Assembly: GCA_963809485.1 (NCBI GenBank)
Contig: CAWEJX010000017.1
Location: 64,001-128,000, forward strand
Length of the DNA stretch: 64,000 nt
Source of the DNA: an uncultured Acidobacteriota bacterium
Lineage (GTDB): Bacteria > Acidobacteriota > UBA6911
Direction of reading: 5' to 3'
Both the position numbers and the translations under genes were made by a program. The notes under the pieces were generated by a model that was not told the origin of the DNA, did no database searches, and saw nothing but the letters and a program-made list of their open reading frames with translations. The stretch's first letter is position 1; the number at the start of each line of letters is the position of its first letter. This document shows positions 1-9,613 of the stretch, in pieces.

Positions 1-1334
1 TCCTGACACCCGTCATGGGTGCCGCTTTGACGTTGTTTTCGGTTGGAGTCAATCAGCAGTCCTCCGAACAGAGCAGCGTTGAGGCGATTCAGGAGGCCCG
101 CTCAGGCCTGGACATGATGACGATGGAGATTGCCCAGGCCGGCGCTCATGGAGATCGAAGCACTACCACAACTTCGTCTATTTCAGCGTCCACCACCGCC
201 CAGGCCGTTAATGTCGGCTCCTGTGCAGTATTCGGGTAGCGATGTCATAATTATCGGCCAGACAGGGACAGGAAGCACGGCCGTATACCCGGACTCATCG
301 ACACAATCAGCGCCTTTTCGACCCAATTCAGCAACATCTCCCTGCAGGCGGACGAAAAGAATGCGGGCGTCTACGCCCTGAACGCAACACTCCTCAAACA
401 TACTCCCGCCACTTTCATCAATCCGTCGACATTCGTCAGCTACGCCTCAGCCATGGAACGTTGGAGGTTTAACAGCAGAGGATTCTGGGGGTCCTCGGAT
501 GATCCCATGGGTATCGCTGAGGTTACGGCCATAGTGGAAAATAGCGGGAACGCCCTGTTCGACCGGGCGCTTTGGGGCATCGATTGGATAGATCTGGGCG
601 GAACAGTACTGGTGGACAGCTATGACCCAGCGCTTGGCCCATACGGCGGAACAAATGTCGGCAACAACGGGGCGCTTGGATCAAATGGATATATCACAGC
701 CAACGGCACCCCTGAAATCAAGGGAGATGTTGCTTTCTTCGATCCTGATAATTCCACCATAAAGGATTGCAAAACATGTACGGTCACGGGAGATTTCATC
801 GAATTGCAGGAAAAACGAGTCTTCCCACCGATTCCGGATTTCACCGTCGGAAGCAGCAATATAAACAAGACTACCAGCGGCACACAAACTATTAGCCCGG
901 GCAAATATGGAGCCGTAACAATAAAAAAGGGAACGCTTCTTCTCAATCCGGGCGTCTACTATTTTGACTCGATTGAGGACAGCGCTAATGGCCACTTGGA
1001 GATCGCGGGCGAAACAACCATTTTCGTGAAGAGTGCTTTGGACTTGGGCGGCAGCGGGGTAATGAATTCTACTGGAGATCCTACCAAAATGACGATTTAT
1101 TATAGCGGATCAAGTGAAATGAAGATTCACGGAAACCCCGAGGCTTTTCTGGAGGTTTATGCCCCGAAAGCTCCAGTGAAGTTCGTCGGTACAAGCGACT
1201 TCTTCGGTTCCTTCATCGGAAAGACCGTGACCATCCAGGGCAATCCCGAAGTCCATTTCGATGAGGGGTGCCTGAATGATAATCTCATCCAGCGGTCTTT
1301 CAGGTTGATTAGCTGGTCCCAAAACACCTATTAA
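1..1334 (+). pseudogene. Decayed or fused type IV pilus minor-pilin-like locus (PilW-like N-terminal fragment joined to a PilX-like C-terminal part)
   Basis: 15..239 reads like a prepilin/PilW helix (EAIQEARSGLDMMTMEIAQAG) and stops at TAG 237-239. Protein-like text continues in another frame (PVQYSGSDVIIIGQ...) and returns to the frame of ORF 453..1334. That ORF has PilX-like C-terminal motifs (VDSYDP, PGxYYF, VYAPKA, GSFIGKTV, FRLISW) but no N-terminal pilin helix. Confidence 0.5.
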
Positions 1335-1337
1335 ACC

Positions 1338-1436
1338 AAATAGGGGGACGGGCAATAGAATATCCGAATTCGTATCTTGCCGGATAAAAATTGCTTTTCC
1401 GCAATTCCCGAATTCCTTAGCCTGTGCCCCTATTTT
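1338..1436. repeat. Imperfect inverted repeat (REP-like; may act as a bidirectional terminator)
   Basis: AAATAGGGGGACGGGC ... GCCTGTGCCCCTATTT between convergent genes; related GGGG-C/ACAGGC-type motifs recur near 20630 and 23118. Confidence 0.5.
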
Positions 1437-1855
1437 CAGGAAATTACGATCTTCTCCTGCATCGCGAATGCACCAAATTTCATGTCAACTTCATGAATGT
1501 GCTTGATCAGCCAGTTGCCCAGAAATGTCTCCAGAGCCTTGTTTAGCTCCGGCGTAACGCCTTCTTCCTCGAAGTCTTTGACCAGGCCGGCGAGGGTGGA
1601 CCGCAATTCGTCGTGCTTCGCCTTGTGCTCCGCCATCGCGGGATAGTTGCTCTCCGCCATGTGGTGCTCTTCGGTCGCAAAGTGAGTCCCGGTGTAGTCG
1701 ATGAGGAAACCGAGCGTTTTCATAACCTGTGCCTGGCTTTTCTGAGTTGCCACGGCTTCCACGGTGTCGTTGTAATATTGAATCCACTGCTTGTGCTGGT
1801 TGTCTATCAGGTCGATACCGACGGACAGGCTGTTCTGCCATTGCATTTTGCCCAT
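1436..1855 (-). CDS. Bacteriohemerythrin
   Basis: W..LSVG..LID.QH, HFATEE, HKAKH and WLIKHI..VD di-iron motifs; 139 aa. Confidence 0.95.
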   Translation of the reverse strand: MGKMQWQNSLSVGIDLIDNQHKQWIQYYNDTVEAVATQKSQAQVMKTLGFLIDYTGTHFATEEHHMAESNYPAMAEHKAKHDELRSTLAGLVKDFEEEGVTPELNKALETFLGNWLIKHIHEVDMKFGAFAMQEKIVIS

Positions 1856-2295
1856 GTTTCACTCCCCCCAACGGCCTTGTGTGTACAAGATATATAATTC
1901 CAGCTCAAAAACTCCGGAAGGCAGCCCCTTTGGCGGGCTGCGCAACCGCAGAAATCTTAGCAAACATTTGCACCGCCCGGCCATCGCAATGTGAAATATT
2001 TATGGCAGCAAGTTACAAAGCTTCCGTTTGTTGTTCCTCCCCATAATTGTCAGCGTTCACCCGCGCTTTGTCAGCGCACATCAGCGTTTCCAGGTACATG
2101 GGCTGTCCGACTCCATACATCCCCAGCAACGATTCCCAAATATCAACCACAAAAGGCGCCAGGACCTGGTGGCATCATTTCTCATTCGGTGAGTGCATTC
2201 ACACATGCCCGGCTTTTTCTGCTTGATCCCAAACCGACATTTTTGTATTTTTAGCGGCGGTTTATACAAATTTGTGAAGTTGAGCCGATACAGCC

Positions 2296-3828
2296 ATGCA
2301 ACCTGCCGAACCCAAAGAGATAAAGAAACTGAACACTCTGCTGGAAATAAACAGGCTTCTCTCCGGCACTTTCAACCTCAAACACTCCCTTCATCGCATC
2401 CTGGAAATCCTCGAGCAGCGCCACGGCATGTTCCGGAGCACGGTCATGGTGATGAACAAGCACTCCGAATTGCAGATCGAGGCCTCCAACGGGATTGCTG
2501 CCGACGGCCTGCGCGCCCTTTACCGCCTGGGCGAGGGCATCACAGGCCGCGTGGCGGAGAGCGGGAAACCGATCGTGGTCCCGCAGGTAAGCCGCGAACC
2601 CATGCTGTTGAACCGGGCGGCCCAGCGAAAAGGCCTCAAAGAGGAGCTGACCTACATCTGCGTCCCTGTCCTCACGGGACGCAAAACCGTCGGCGCCCTG
2701 GGAGTGGACCTGCATTTCAAAAAGGACCGGGACTACGAGCCGCTGGTAAAATTCCTGCGCCTGGTGGGATGCATGATCGGCCAGGGAGTGCGGGTTGAAA
2801 GCCTGGTGGAAGCCGAAACTCAACGCCTGATGGAGGAAAACATCCACCTGCGCGAGGAGCTGCGGGAGCGCTACGACTTTTCCAACATGGTGGGCAGCAG
2901 CGGCGGCATGCGGCAGGTTTACGAACAGATCGCGCAGGTGGCCGCGTCCAACACCACCGTCCTGATACGGGGCGAATCAGGCACGGGAAAGGAGCTGATA
3001 GCGCACGCACTTCACTATAATTCTCCCCGGGCCAAGAAACCCTTCGTCAAAGTTAGCTGCGCCGCACTGCCCGAAACCCTCATCGAATCGGAACTGTTCG
3101 GCTATGAAAAAGGCGCTTTCACCGGCGCCCAGGCACGCAAGCCGGGCCGGCTCGAGATGGCGGAAGGGGGGACGCTATTCCTCGACGAAGTGGGCGATCT
3201 CAACCTGACCACACAGGTCAAGCTGCTTCGTGTCATTCAGACGCGCGAATTCGAGCGATTGGGGAGCACCCAGACCATCAAAATCAACGTGCGCCTGGTA
3301 GCGGCCACGAACAAGGATCTCGAAAAGGCAATCGCCGACGGAAGCTTCCGCGAAGACCTCTATTATCGTCTGAACGTTTTCGCCATCTTCGTTCCGCCGC
3401 TGCGCGAGCGCAAGCCCGACGTCATGGCCCTCGCCGACTATTTTCTGGAGAAGTACAACAAAGAGCACGGCAAAAACATCAAACGCATCTCCACCCCGGC
3501 CATCGACATGCTGATGAGCTACCACTGGCCCGGCAATGTGCGCGAACTCGAAAACACCATGGAGCGCGCGGTGCTCATCTGCGAGGGCAACGTCATTTAC
3601 GGTCATCACCTTCCGCCCACGCTCCAAACGGCAGAAGCTTCCGGCACCGCAGTGCACGTGACGCTGACCGATGCGGTCGCATCGTATGAAAAAGACCTGA
3701 TCCAGGATGCGCTCAAGATGACGCGCGGCAACCGGAGCAAAGCCGCCCGCCAGCTCAGCACCACCGAGCGGATACTCAATTATAAGGTCGGCAAATACGG
3801 CATCGACTGCCGCCGCTTCCGCAAATAA
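2296..3828 (+). CDS. Sigma-54-dependent transcriptional activator, NifA-like (GAF-AAA+-HTH)
   Basis: N-terminal GAF domain (GEGITGRVA), GESGTGKE Walker [24 protein letters not shown]-terminal Fis-type HTH. Confidence 0.95.
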   Translation: MQPAEPKEIKKLNTLLEINRLLSGTFNLKHSLHRILEILEQRHGMFRSTVMVMNKHSELQIEASNGIAADGLRALYRLGEGITGRVAESGKPIVVPQVSREPMLLNRAAQRKGLKEELTYICVPVLTGRKTVGALGVDLHFKKDRDYEPLVKFLRLVGCMIGQGVRVESLVEAETQRLMEENIHLREELRERYDFSNMVGSSGGMRQVYEQIAQVAASNTTVLIRGESGTGKELIAHALHYNSPRAKKPFVKVSCAALPETLIESELFGYEKGAFTGAQARKPGRLEMAEGGTLFLDEVGDLNLTTQVKLLRVIQTREFERLGSTQTIKINVRLVAATNKDLEKAIADGSFREDLYYRLNVFAIFVPPLRERKPDVMALADYFLEKYNKEHGKNIKRISTPAIDMLMSYHWPGNVRELENTMERAVLICEGNVIYGHHLPPTLQTAEASGTAVHVTLTDAVASYEKDLIQDALKMTRGNRSKAARQLSTTERILNYKVGKYGIDCRRFRK

Positions 3829-3979
3829 TCCCGCGGCTTCCGACATGCGTCGCGCGGTCGCCCGACACTGTTTCGATTTTGGTTGTGCTATATTTTTGAG
3901 AGCGGCCGTCAGTTTGGATTTTGTCCATACCTGACGCCTCATACCAGGAAAGCGTATTTATATCAGCCCGGGAGCGCCT

Positions 3980-4960
3980 ATGGCTGCGCAATTTGAAAGC
4001 CCCCTGCACGATCAATTGATGGACCGCCGGCGAAGGCTCGAGTCCGCCATCGCGGTATCCCTCGAGAGAGTTTCCCTGAATTCACTCCTCCAGGAGGTCG
4101 ATGCCGCACTGTCCCGGATGGACGACGGGTCCTTTGGCTTGTGCGATGTATGCCATGAGCCGATCGAGAGCGACCGTCTCGCGGCCAATCCTCTGCTCCG
4201 GTTTTGCCTGGATCATCTTGCGGATTCCCAGCGGCGGGCCCTGGAACAGGACCTGGAACTGGCGTCGCACATCCAGTCGGCGCTTCTCCCGCACTCGGAT
4301 TTTACCTACGGGGGCTGGCAAGCCGCATTCCACTACGAACCCCTGAGCGTGGTCAGCGGCGATTACTGCGACTTTATTTCCGCAGAAGACGGCAGCATGT
4401 ACTTTATTATCGGGGATGTGTCCGGCAAGGGAGTGGCAGCCTCGATGCTCATGGCGCACCTGAATGCGATGATGAGGGCGCTTGTCGGTTTGGGCCTTCC
4501 CCTGGTCCAGATAATGGAGCGTGCCAGCAGAGTTTTTTGCGAGAGCACGCTTGCGTCCCATTTTGCCACGCTGGTTTGCGGCCGCGCCGAAAGGGACGGG
4601 AAGGTCGAGATCTGCAATGCAGGGCATTCTCCCACTCTGCTGGCGCAGGGGGATATCGTTCGCACCTACAATGCAACCAGCCTGCCGCTCGGTTTGTTCT
4701 GCAATGAGGAATTTAAATCCGAATGGCTGCAGTTGCAGCGGGGCGATTTGCTGCTTCTTTACACCGACGGCGTTTCCGAAGCGAGAAATTCCAAGGGGGA
4801 GGAATATGGCGTCGACGACATCATCGAAACAGTCCGGACGCGAAGCTGGAAATCAGCCCGGGAGCTTGTCCATTCATGTATTTCGAAAGTGGCGGATTTC
4901 CGCGCCGGTACTCCGCCCGAGGATGATCTGACCCTTATGGCAATCCAGCGAATCGAGTAG
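3980..4960 (+). CDS. SpoIIE/RsbU-type PP2C phosphatase with N-terminal DksA/TraR-like zinc finger
   Basis: ALSRMDDGSFGLCDVCHEPIESDRL...CLDH, followed by SGDYCD, GDVSGKG, NAGH, YTDG and DDLT. Confidence 0.9.
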   Translation: MAAQFESPLHDQLMDRRRRLESAIAVSLERVSLNSLLQEVDAALSRMDDGSFGLCDVCHEPIESDRLAANPLLRFCLDHLADSQRRALEQDLELASHIQSALLPHSDFTYGGWQAAFHYEPLSVVSGDYCDFISAEDGSMYFIIGDVSGKGVAASMLMAHLNAMMRALVGLGLPLVQIMERASRVFCESTLASHFATLVCGRAERDGKVEICNAGHSPTLLAQGDIVRTYNATSLPLGLFCNEEFKSEWLQLQRGDLLLLYTDGVSEARNSKGEEYGVDDIIETVRTRSWKSARELVHSCISKVADFRAGTPPEDDLTLMAIQRIE

Positions 4961-5018
4961 CCGACAACATTCAAAGAAATGGCAGGGATTCGCGCAGAGG
5001 GAAGCTGCGCAAGGTATT

Positions 5019-5929
5019 ATGACTACCCTGAATCACGGCTTTGAATACCGCAAGCGCCTGGGGGCGGATTCGGCCGGCCTGAGAATGATCGATTACCTTG
5101 CCCGGCGCTATCCGGGATTCACAAGGGAAGAATGGCAAAGCCGCATCGAGTCGGGCCGCGTTCTGCTGGATGGGATACCGTCGGACGGAGAGTCGGTTCT
5201 GCAGCCCGGCAGGATTCTGAGCTGGATGCGCCCGCCCTGGCAGGAACCCGAAACACCGCAATCTTTTGCCATCCTCTATCAGGATCAATATCTGCTCGGC
5301 GTGGCCAAGCCCGAAGGACTCCCCACAATCCCCGGCGGCGGCCTTTTCATGGAGCATACGCTTCTGGCGCTCGTACGCCGACGATTCCCGACGGCCAGCC
5401 CCTCTGCACCGGCTGGGCCGGGGACATCAGGGGTCGTTCTTTTCGCGGTCACAGCCGATGCTTCTCGATGATGTCTCATGCGTGGCGCACCGGTCAGGTC
5501 CTGAAAGTTTATCTTGCCCTGGTCTCCGGCATTCCGGCGCGTGACCAGTTCGACATCGACATTCCGATCGGCAAGGTTCCGCACCCTGTTCTTAAAACTG
5601 TTCATGCCGCATGCCCGGCCGGGAAACCGGCACACAGCCATGTCAGGGTTCTTGAACGCCGCGATGGCTGTTCCCTTGTTCAAGTCCGCATTACCACGGG
5701 CCGTCCGCACCAGATACGCATTCATCTTGCAGCCTCAGGACATCCGCTGATCGGCGATCCGCTCTATGCCGTTGGAGGGGCTCCCGCGGAGGGCACCAGG
5801 GCTTTGCCGGGAGACCTTGGCTACCACCTGCACAGCCTCCTTCTGGGCTTTCCTCACCCCGCGACGGGCAGGTGGACCGAGATCACCTGCGCGCCCCCTC
5901 GGCTTCTTCGCCCGCGCCGCGCCCAGTAA
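5019..5929 (+). pseudogene. RluA-family RNA pseudouridine synthase, frameshifted (pseudogene or homopolymer sequencing errors)
   Basis: S4-like N-terminus and KPxGLP in ORF 5019..5471, HRLGRG in a third frame at about 5404-5422, and TGRPHQIRIHLA/GDPLY in ORF 5132..5929. Confidence 0.85.
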
Positions 5930-5956
5930 TTCGCAAAATCCTTATCCTCTATTTTA

Positions 5957-6234
5957 GTGAAGACGGCTCTCCAGAGACCGTCTCAATACGACTGTCATGA
6001 GATCCTCGCCGGCAGTTTTGAGACAGTCTCTGGAGAGCGGTCCTCACCCAATTAACATTAACTGTTGAGAAAGTAGTAATTATTATTTATTAATAATTTT
6101 TCAGCGTGCGTCAGCGTTTATCGGCGTGCGTCAGCGTTAAAATTTATGCACAGGCTTCCAGAGTCGGCACCAAAACGACTGTCGCGAGATCTTCGCCGGC
6201 AGTTTTGAGACAGTCTCTCGAGACCCGTCCTCGC
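5957..6234. repeat. Tandem pair of long palindromic REP-like units with an AT-rich/micro-repeat spacer
   Basis: Unit 1 (5957-6047) has 30-bp inverted arms (GTGAAGACGGCTCTCCAGAGACCGTCTCAA / TTGAGACAGTCTCTGGAGAGCGGTCCTCAC). Unit 2 (about 6157-6234) is a diverged direct copy sharing GCCGGCAGTTTTGAGACAGTCTCT. Confidence 0.8.
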
Positions 6235-6251
6235 TAAAAACTAAATTCCTA

Positions 6252-7691
6252 TCACTCCAGGGAGACCCATACGGACTTCACCTGGGTGTACAGGTCGATG
6301 CCGTGCCGTCCCAGTTCCCGCCCGAACCCGGACTGCTTGTAGCCGCCGAAGGGAGATTCGGGTGCCGTCATATTATAGGCGTTGATCCAGACGGTACCTG
6401 CCTGAAGCCGGCGCGCAAGAAGATGAGCCCTGGCGACATCGCGCGTCCAGACCGCCGCTGCCAGGCCATAGATGGTCGCGTTGGCTTTTTCCACAAGCTC
6501 ATCGGCATCCCGGAAAGTGAGTACCGAAAGTACGGGCCCGAAGATCTCCTCCTGGGCAATGCGCATGTTCTGTGCCACGCCATCGAATATGGCGGGTTTG
6601 ACAAAATAGCCGCAATCGCCCACCCGGCCGCCCGGCAGGACAGGCTGGGCCCCCTCGTTTTTACCGATCTCGATATATCCAAGGACACGGTCCATCTGGG
6701 TTTTGGAAACAAGCGCTCCCAGGCGGGTCCTGGGATCCAGCGGGTCCCCCGGCTGGAGCTTTTCTGCTCTTTCAACAAGTTTGCTCATCACCTGATCGTG
6801 GACGGATTCTTCGATGAAGAGCCGGGAGCCGGCATTGCAGACCTCTCCCTTGCCGTAGAAAATCCCGTTGAACGCGCCCTTGACTGCAGACTGCAGATCC
6901 GCGTCGGCAAAAATGATGTTCGGGGATTTGCCGCCCAGTTCCAGGGAGACCTTTTTCAGGCTGTCGGCCGCCGTGCGCATGATCTCTTTGCCGACGGACG
7001 TGCTGCCCGTGAAAGAAATCTTGTCCACATCGGGATGAGCCACCAGCGCCCGGCCGGCACTTTCCCCATAGCCCGGGACCACATTGACGACGCCGTCAGG
7101 GAAGCCGGCTTCCTGGCAAAGCTCTCCCAGGCGCAGGCCCGTGAGCGGAGTTTCTTCCGCAATCTTCGCCACGGCCGTGTTGCCGCAGGCGAGCGCCGGC
7201 GCAAGCTTCCACGCGAGCATGAGAATCGGGAAATTCCATGGGGTTATTAGGCCGCAAATCCCGCAGGGTTCGCGCAGGGTGTAGTTGAAATAATTGCCGG
7301 GGACCGGGATCGTTTCTCCCTCAATCTTGGTGCACCAGCCCGCGTAGTAATAAAAAACCTCCGCAGCGGCAGGAATGTCCACATGGCGAGCCTCGAAAAT
7401 GGGCTTGCCGTTGTCCATCGACTCGATCATAGCAAGCTCGTCGGCATTCTGCAGAATCAGGTCGCCGACTTTCCATAGAAGCTTCGAGCGCTCGCGGGCT
7501 CCCATGTTCCGCCAGCTGCTTCGGTCGAAAGCCTCGCGTGCCGCTTTTACCGCGGCGTCTATATCGGGCTCGTCTGCTTCTGCGACCTCCGCAAGCACCT
7601 CTTCCGTTGCAGGATTGATAGTTGCAAAGGTCTTCCCGGATTGGGCGTCCCGGAATTTGCCTCCGATAAGTAGCTGTGTCGGCCCGGCCAT
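6252..7691 (-). CDS. NAD(P)-dependent aldehyde dehydrogenase
   Basis: PWNFP, FTGST, LELGGKSP, catalytic Cys (GEVCNAG), EEIFGPV, PFGGYKQSG. Confidence 0.97.
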   Translation of the reverse strand: MAGPTQLLIGGKFRDAQSGKTFATINPATEEVLAEVAEADEPDIDAAVKAAREAFDRSSWRNMGARERSKLLWKVGDLILQNADELAMIESMDNGKPIFEARHVDIPAAAEVFYYYAGWCTKIEGETIPVPGNYFNYTLREPCGICGLITPWNFPILMLAWKLAPALACGNTAVAKIAEETPLTGLRLGELCQEAGFPDGVVNVVPGYGESAGRALVAHPDVDKISFTGSTSVGKEIMRTAADSLKKVSLELGGKSPNIIFADADLQSAVKGAFNGIFYGKGEVCNAGSRLFIEESVHDQVMSKLVERAEKLQPGDPLDPRTRLGALVSKTQMDRVLGYIEIGKNEGAQPVLPGGRVGDCGYFVKPAIFDGVAQNMRIAQEEIFGPVLSVLTFRDADELVEKANATIYGLAAAVWTRDVARAHLLARRLQAGTVWINAYNMTAPESPFGGYKQSGFGRELGRHGIDLYTQVKSVWVSLE

Positions 7692-7768
7692 ATACTCACC
7701 TCCTTGCAGTTTGCACCTCAGGCGTTCACTGAGGACGGCTCAGCAGAGCTGGGGGATTACGAGTTAAT

Positions 7769-8638
7769 TTACCCTTCTTCCTTCAGCATCCTGGCGGCTT
7801 TTCTCAACTCCCGCCTATGAGCTTCACTGACTTCCGGATAGCGCAGGTTCATAGACTTCAGCTTGTCGGACACAATATCGGCAACGGCGGCACGCGCAAA
7901 CCACTTCGCGTTGGCAGGAATGACGTACCAGGGCGCCCACTCCGTGCTTGTCGCGTTCAGCATATCCTCATAGGCCTTCATGTAATCCTTCCAGCGCCCG
8001 CGTTCCTTCAGGTCGTCGAAGGAAAACTTCCAGTTCTTTTCCGGCCGCTCGATCCGCTCCAGGAAGCGCTTCTTCTGTTCCTGCCTGGAAATGTTGAGGA
8101 AGAACTTCAGGATAACGGTCCCGTTGCGCGTCAGATACCGCTCGATGTTGTTGATATCCTCATAGCGGTGTTCCCAGACGTCCTTGCTCTTTATTTCTTT
8201 TTCGGGAATGCGCTGTCCGTTAAGGATTTCGGGATGAACCCGAACAATCAGAACCTCCTCGTAGTAGGAACGGTTGAAAATACCGATGCGGCCGCGCTCG
8301 GGAAGCGCTTTCATGTTTCGCCAGATGAAATCGTGGTCGAGTTCCTCCTGCGACGGCGTCTTGAATGAAAAGACCTGGCAGCCCTGCGGATTGACCCCGC
8401 TCATGATGTGCTTGATGATCCCGTCTTTCCCTGCCGCGTCCATCGCCTGGAAGATCAGAAGCAGCGCATAGGTATCCTGCGCGTAAAGCACGTCCTGCAG
8501 GCGAGCCAGCGTCTCGATATCGGCGGCGAGCTTTTCCCTGGCTTCTTCCTTCGACTTGAACTTCCCTGTGAAGCCCGGAGCATAATTGCCGAGCTTGATC
8601 CTCTTCCCGGGCGGTACTAGAAAGTGTTCATAGTTCAT
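7769..8638 (-). CDS. ppk2: Polyphosphate kinase 2 family (class III-like polyphosphate:nucleotide phosphotransferase)
   Basis: QAMDAAGKDG, FNRSYYEEVL, KNWKFS, APWYVIPA. Confidence 0.93.
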   Translation of the reverse strand: MNYEHFLVPPGKRIKLGNYAPGFTGKFKSKEEAREKLAADIETLARLQDVLYAQDTYALLLIFQAMDAAGKDGIIKHIMSGVNPQGCQVFSFKTPSQEELDHDFIWRNMKALPERGRIGIFNRSYYEEVLIVRVHPEILNGQRIPEKEIKSKDVWEHRYEDINNIERYLTRNGTVILKFFLNISRQEQKKRFLERIERPEKNWKFSFDDLKERGRWKDYMKAYEDMLNATSTEWAPWYVIPANAKWFARAAVADIVSDKLKSMNLRYPEVSEAHRRELRKAARMLKEEG

Positions 8639-8706
8639 AGCGCTCTCCTGAGTCTGGAGTTTGAGAATGATGGCCCATTATAGCGTTTGCCGCATGAATG
8701 GGCTAT

Positions 8707-8735
8707 TTGACTTTTGCCTTTCCCAAAGCTAGCTT
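8707..8735 (+). promoter_or_regulatory. Putative sigma70 promoter of nudC (possibly leaderless mRNA starting at ATG 8742)
   Basis: TTGACT-17 bp-TAGCTT; second in-frame ATG lies 6 nt downstream; no Shine-Dalgarno sequence. Confidence 0.45.
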
Positions 8736-9563
8736 ATGGCGATGCCGGACGAGTTTGTTCCATCGATTATGCCTGCCGATCCAGGCAGTCGGGACGCCTG
8801 GTGGTTTATAGTGTCGGACTATGGCCTTCTGGTCACCCCCTCGGGCAACACGGCCGCAATCCCCTTTTTAAAGGAACCCGAGAAATTCGGCGTCCAGATC
8901 CTGCGCAGTCTTCATCTCGGCAGTTATCGGGGACACCCGTGCTATGCGGCCGAGGGAAAGCTCTCGGGAGAAAATGCCGAGGGGGCTGCCTTTCAGGAGA
9001 TTCGTTCTCTTTACAATATTCTCGAGCATGATATATATGCGCTGGGGCTGACGGCCCTGCACCTGATTGAATGGGATAAAGCCCATCAATTCTGCGGCAT
9101 GTGCCGCGGAGAATTGAAGCCGCGCAACGACATGCGGGCCAAGGAATGCGCCGGCTGCGGCCACATCGAGTTCCCCCGCATTTCTCCCGCCATCATTGTT
9201 CTTGTTGAAAGAGAGGACACATTGCTCCTGGCCCGTTCGCCCAGGTTCCGGGACCAATTTTTTAGCGTGCTCGCCGGCTTCGTCGATCCCGGAGAAAGCC
9301 TGGAAGAGGCGGTGCACCGTGAAGTCAGGGAAGAGGTCGGCATTAACGTGAAGGATATCACTTACTTCGGCAGCCAGCCGTGGCCTTTTCCCGACAGCCT
9401 CATGATCGGGTTCACCGCTCAGTTCGAGTCGGGAGAGCTGAAGATCGACGGTCGGGAGATCATTGAGGCGGGCTGGTACCGCGCGAAAGATCTGCCGCCG
9501 ATTCCCGGCAAGCTCAGCATCGCGCGCCAGCTCATCGATTGGTTTGTGGATAAACATTCCTGA
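8736..9563 (+). CDS. nudC: NAD(+) diphosphatase
   Basis: Zn finger (FCGMC...ECAGC), FPRISPAIIV, Nudix box AGFVDPGESLEEAVHREVREEVG, SQPWPFPDS. Confidence 0.96.
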   Translation: MAMPDEFVPSIMPADPGSRDAWWFIVSDYGLLVTPSGNTAAIPFLKEPEKFGVQILRSLHLGSYRGHPCYAAEGKLSGENAEGAAFQEIRSLYNILEHDIYALGLTALHLIEWDKAHQFCGMCRGELKPRNDMRAKECAGCGHIEFPRISPAIIVLVEREDTLLLARSPRFRDQFFSVLAGFVDPGESLEEAVHREVREEVGINVKDITYFGSQPWPFPDSLMIGFTAQFESGELKIDGREIIEAGWYRAKDLPPIPGKLSIARQLIDWFVDKHS

Positions 9564-9613
9564 CGCCTGGTTGCCGATGAAGCGGCTGGACTCGATTATG
9601 CCCGCTCAATCCG

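Noticed and set aside
2296-3828. nifA / nitrogen fixation
   Set aside because: The domain architecture is NifA-like, but there are no nif genes nearby and this architecture is shared by many sigma54 activators.
5469-5471. Selenocysteine readthrough at the TGA ending ORF 5019..5471 (and at other TGA stops)
   Set aside because: Homology continues in a different frame, so this is a frameshift. Other TGA stops fall at natural protein ends without an in-frame continuation or redox motif.
5957-6234. CRISPR array (also considered for the micro-repeat arrays at 22920-23010 and 31000-31120)
   Set aside because: Only two long units or 7-10-nt tandem units; no constant repeat with unique 30-40-nt spacers, and no cas genes.
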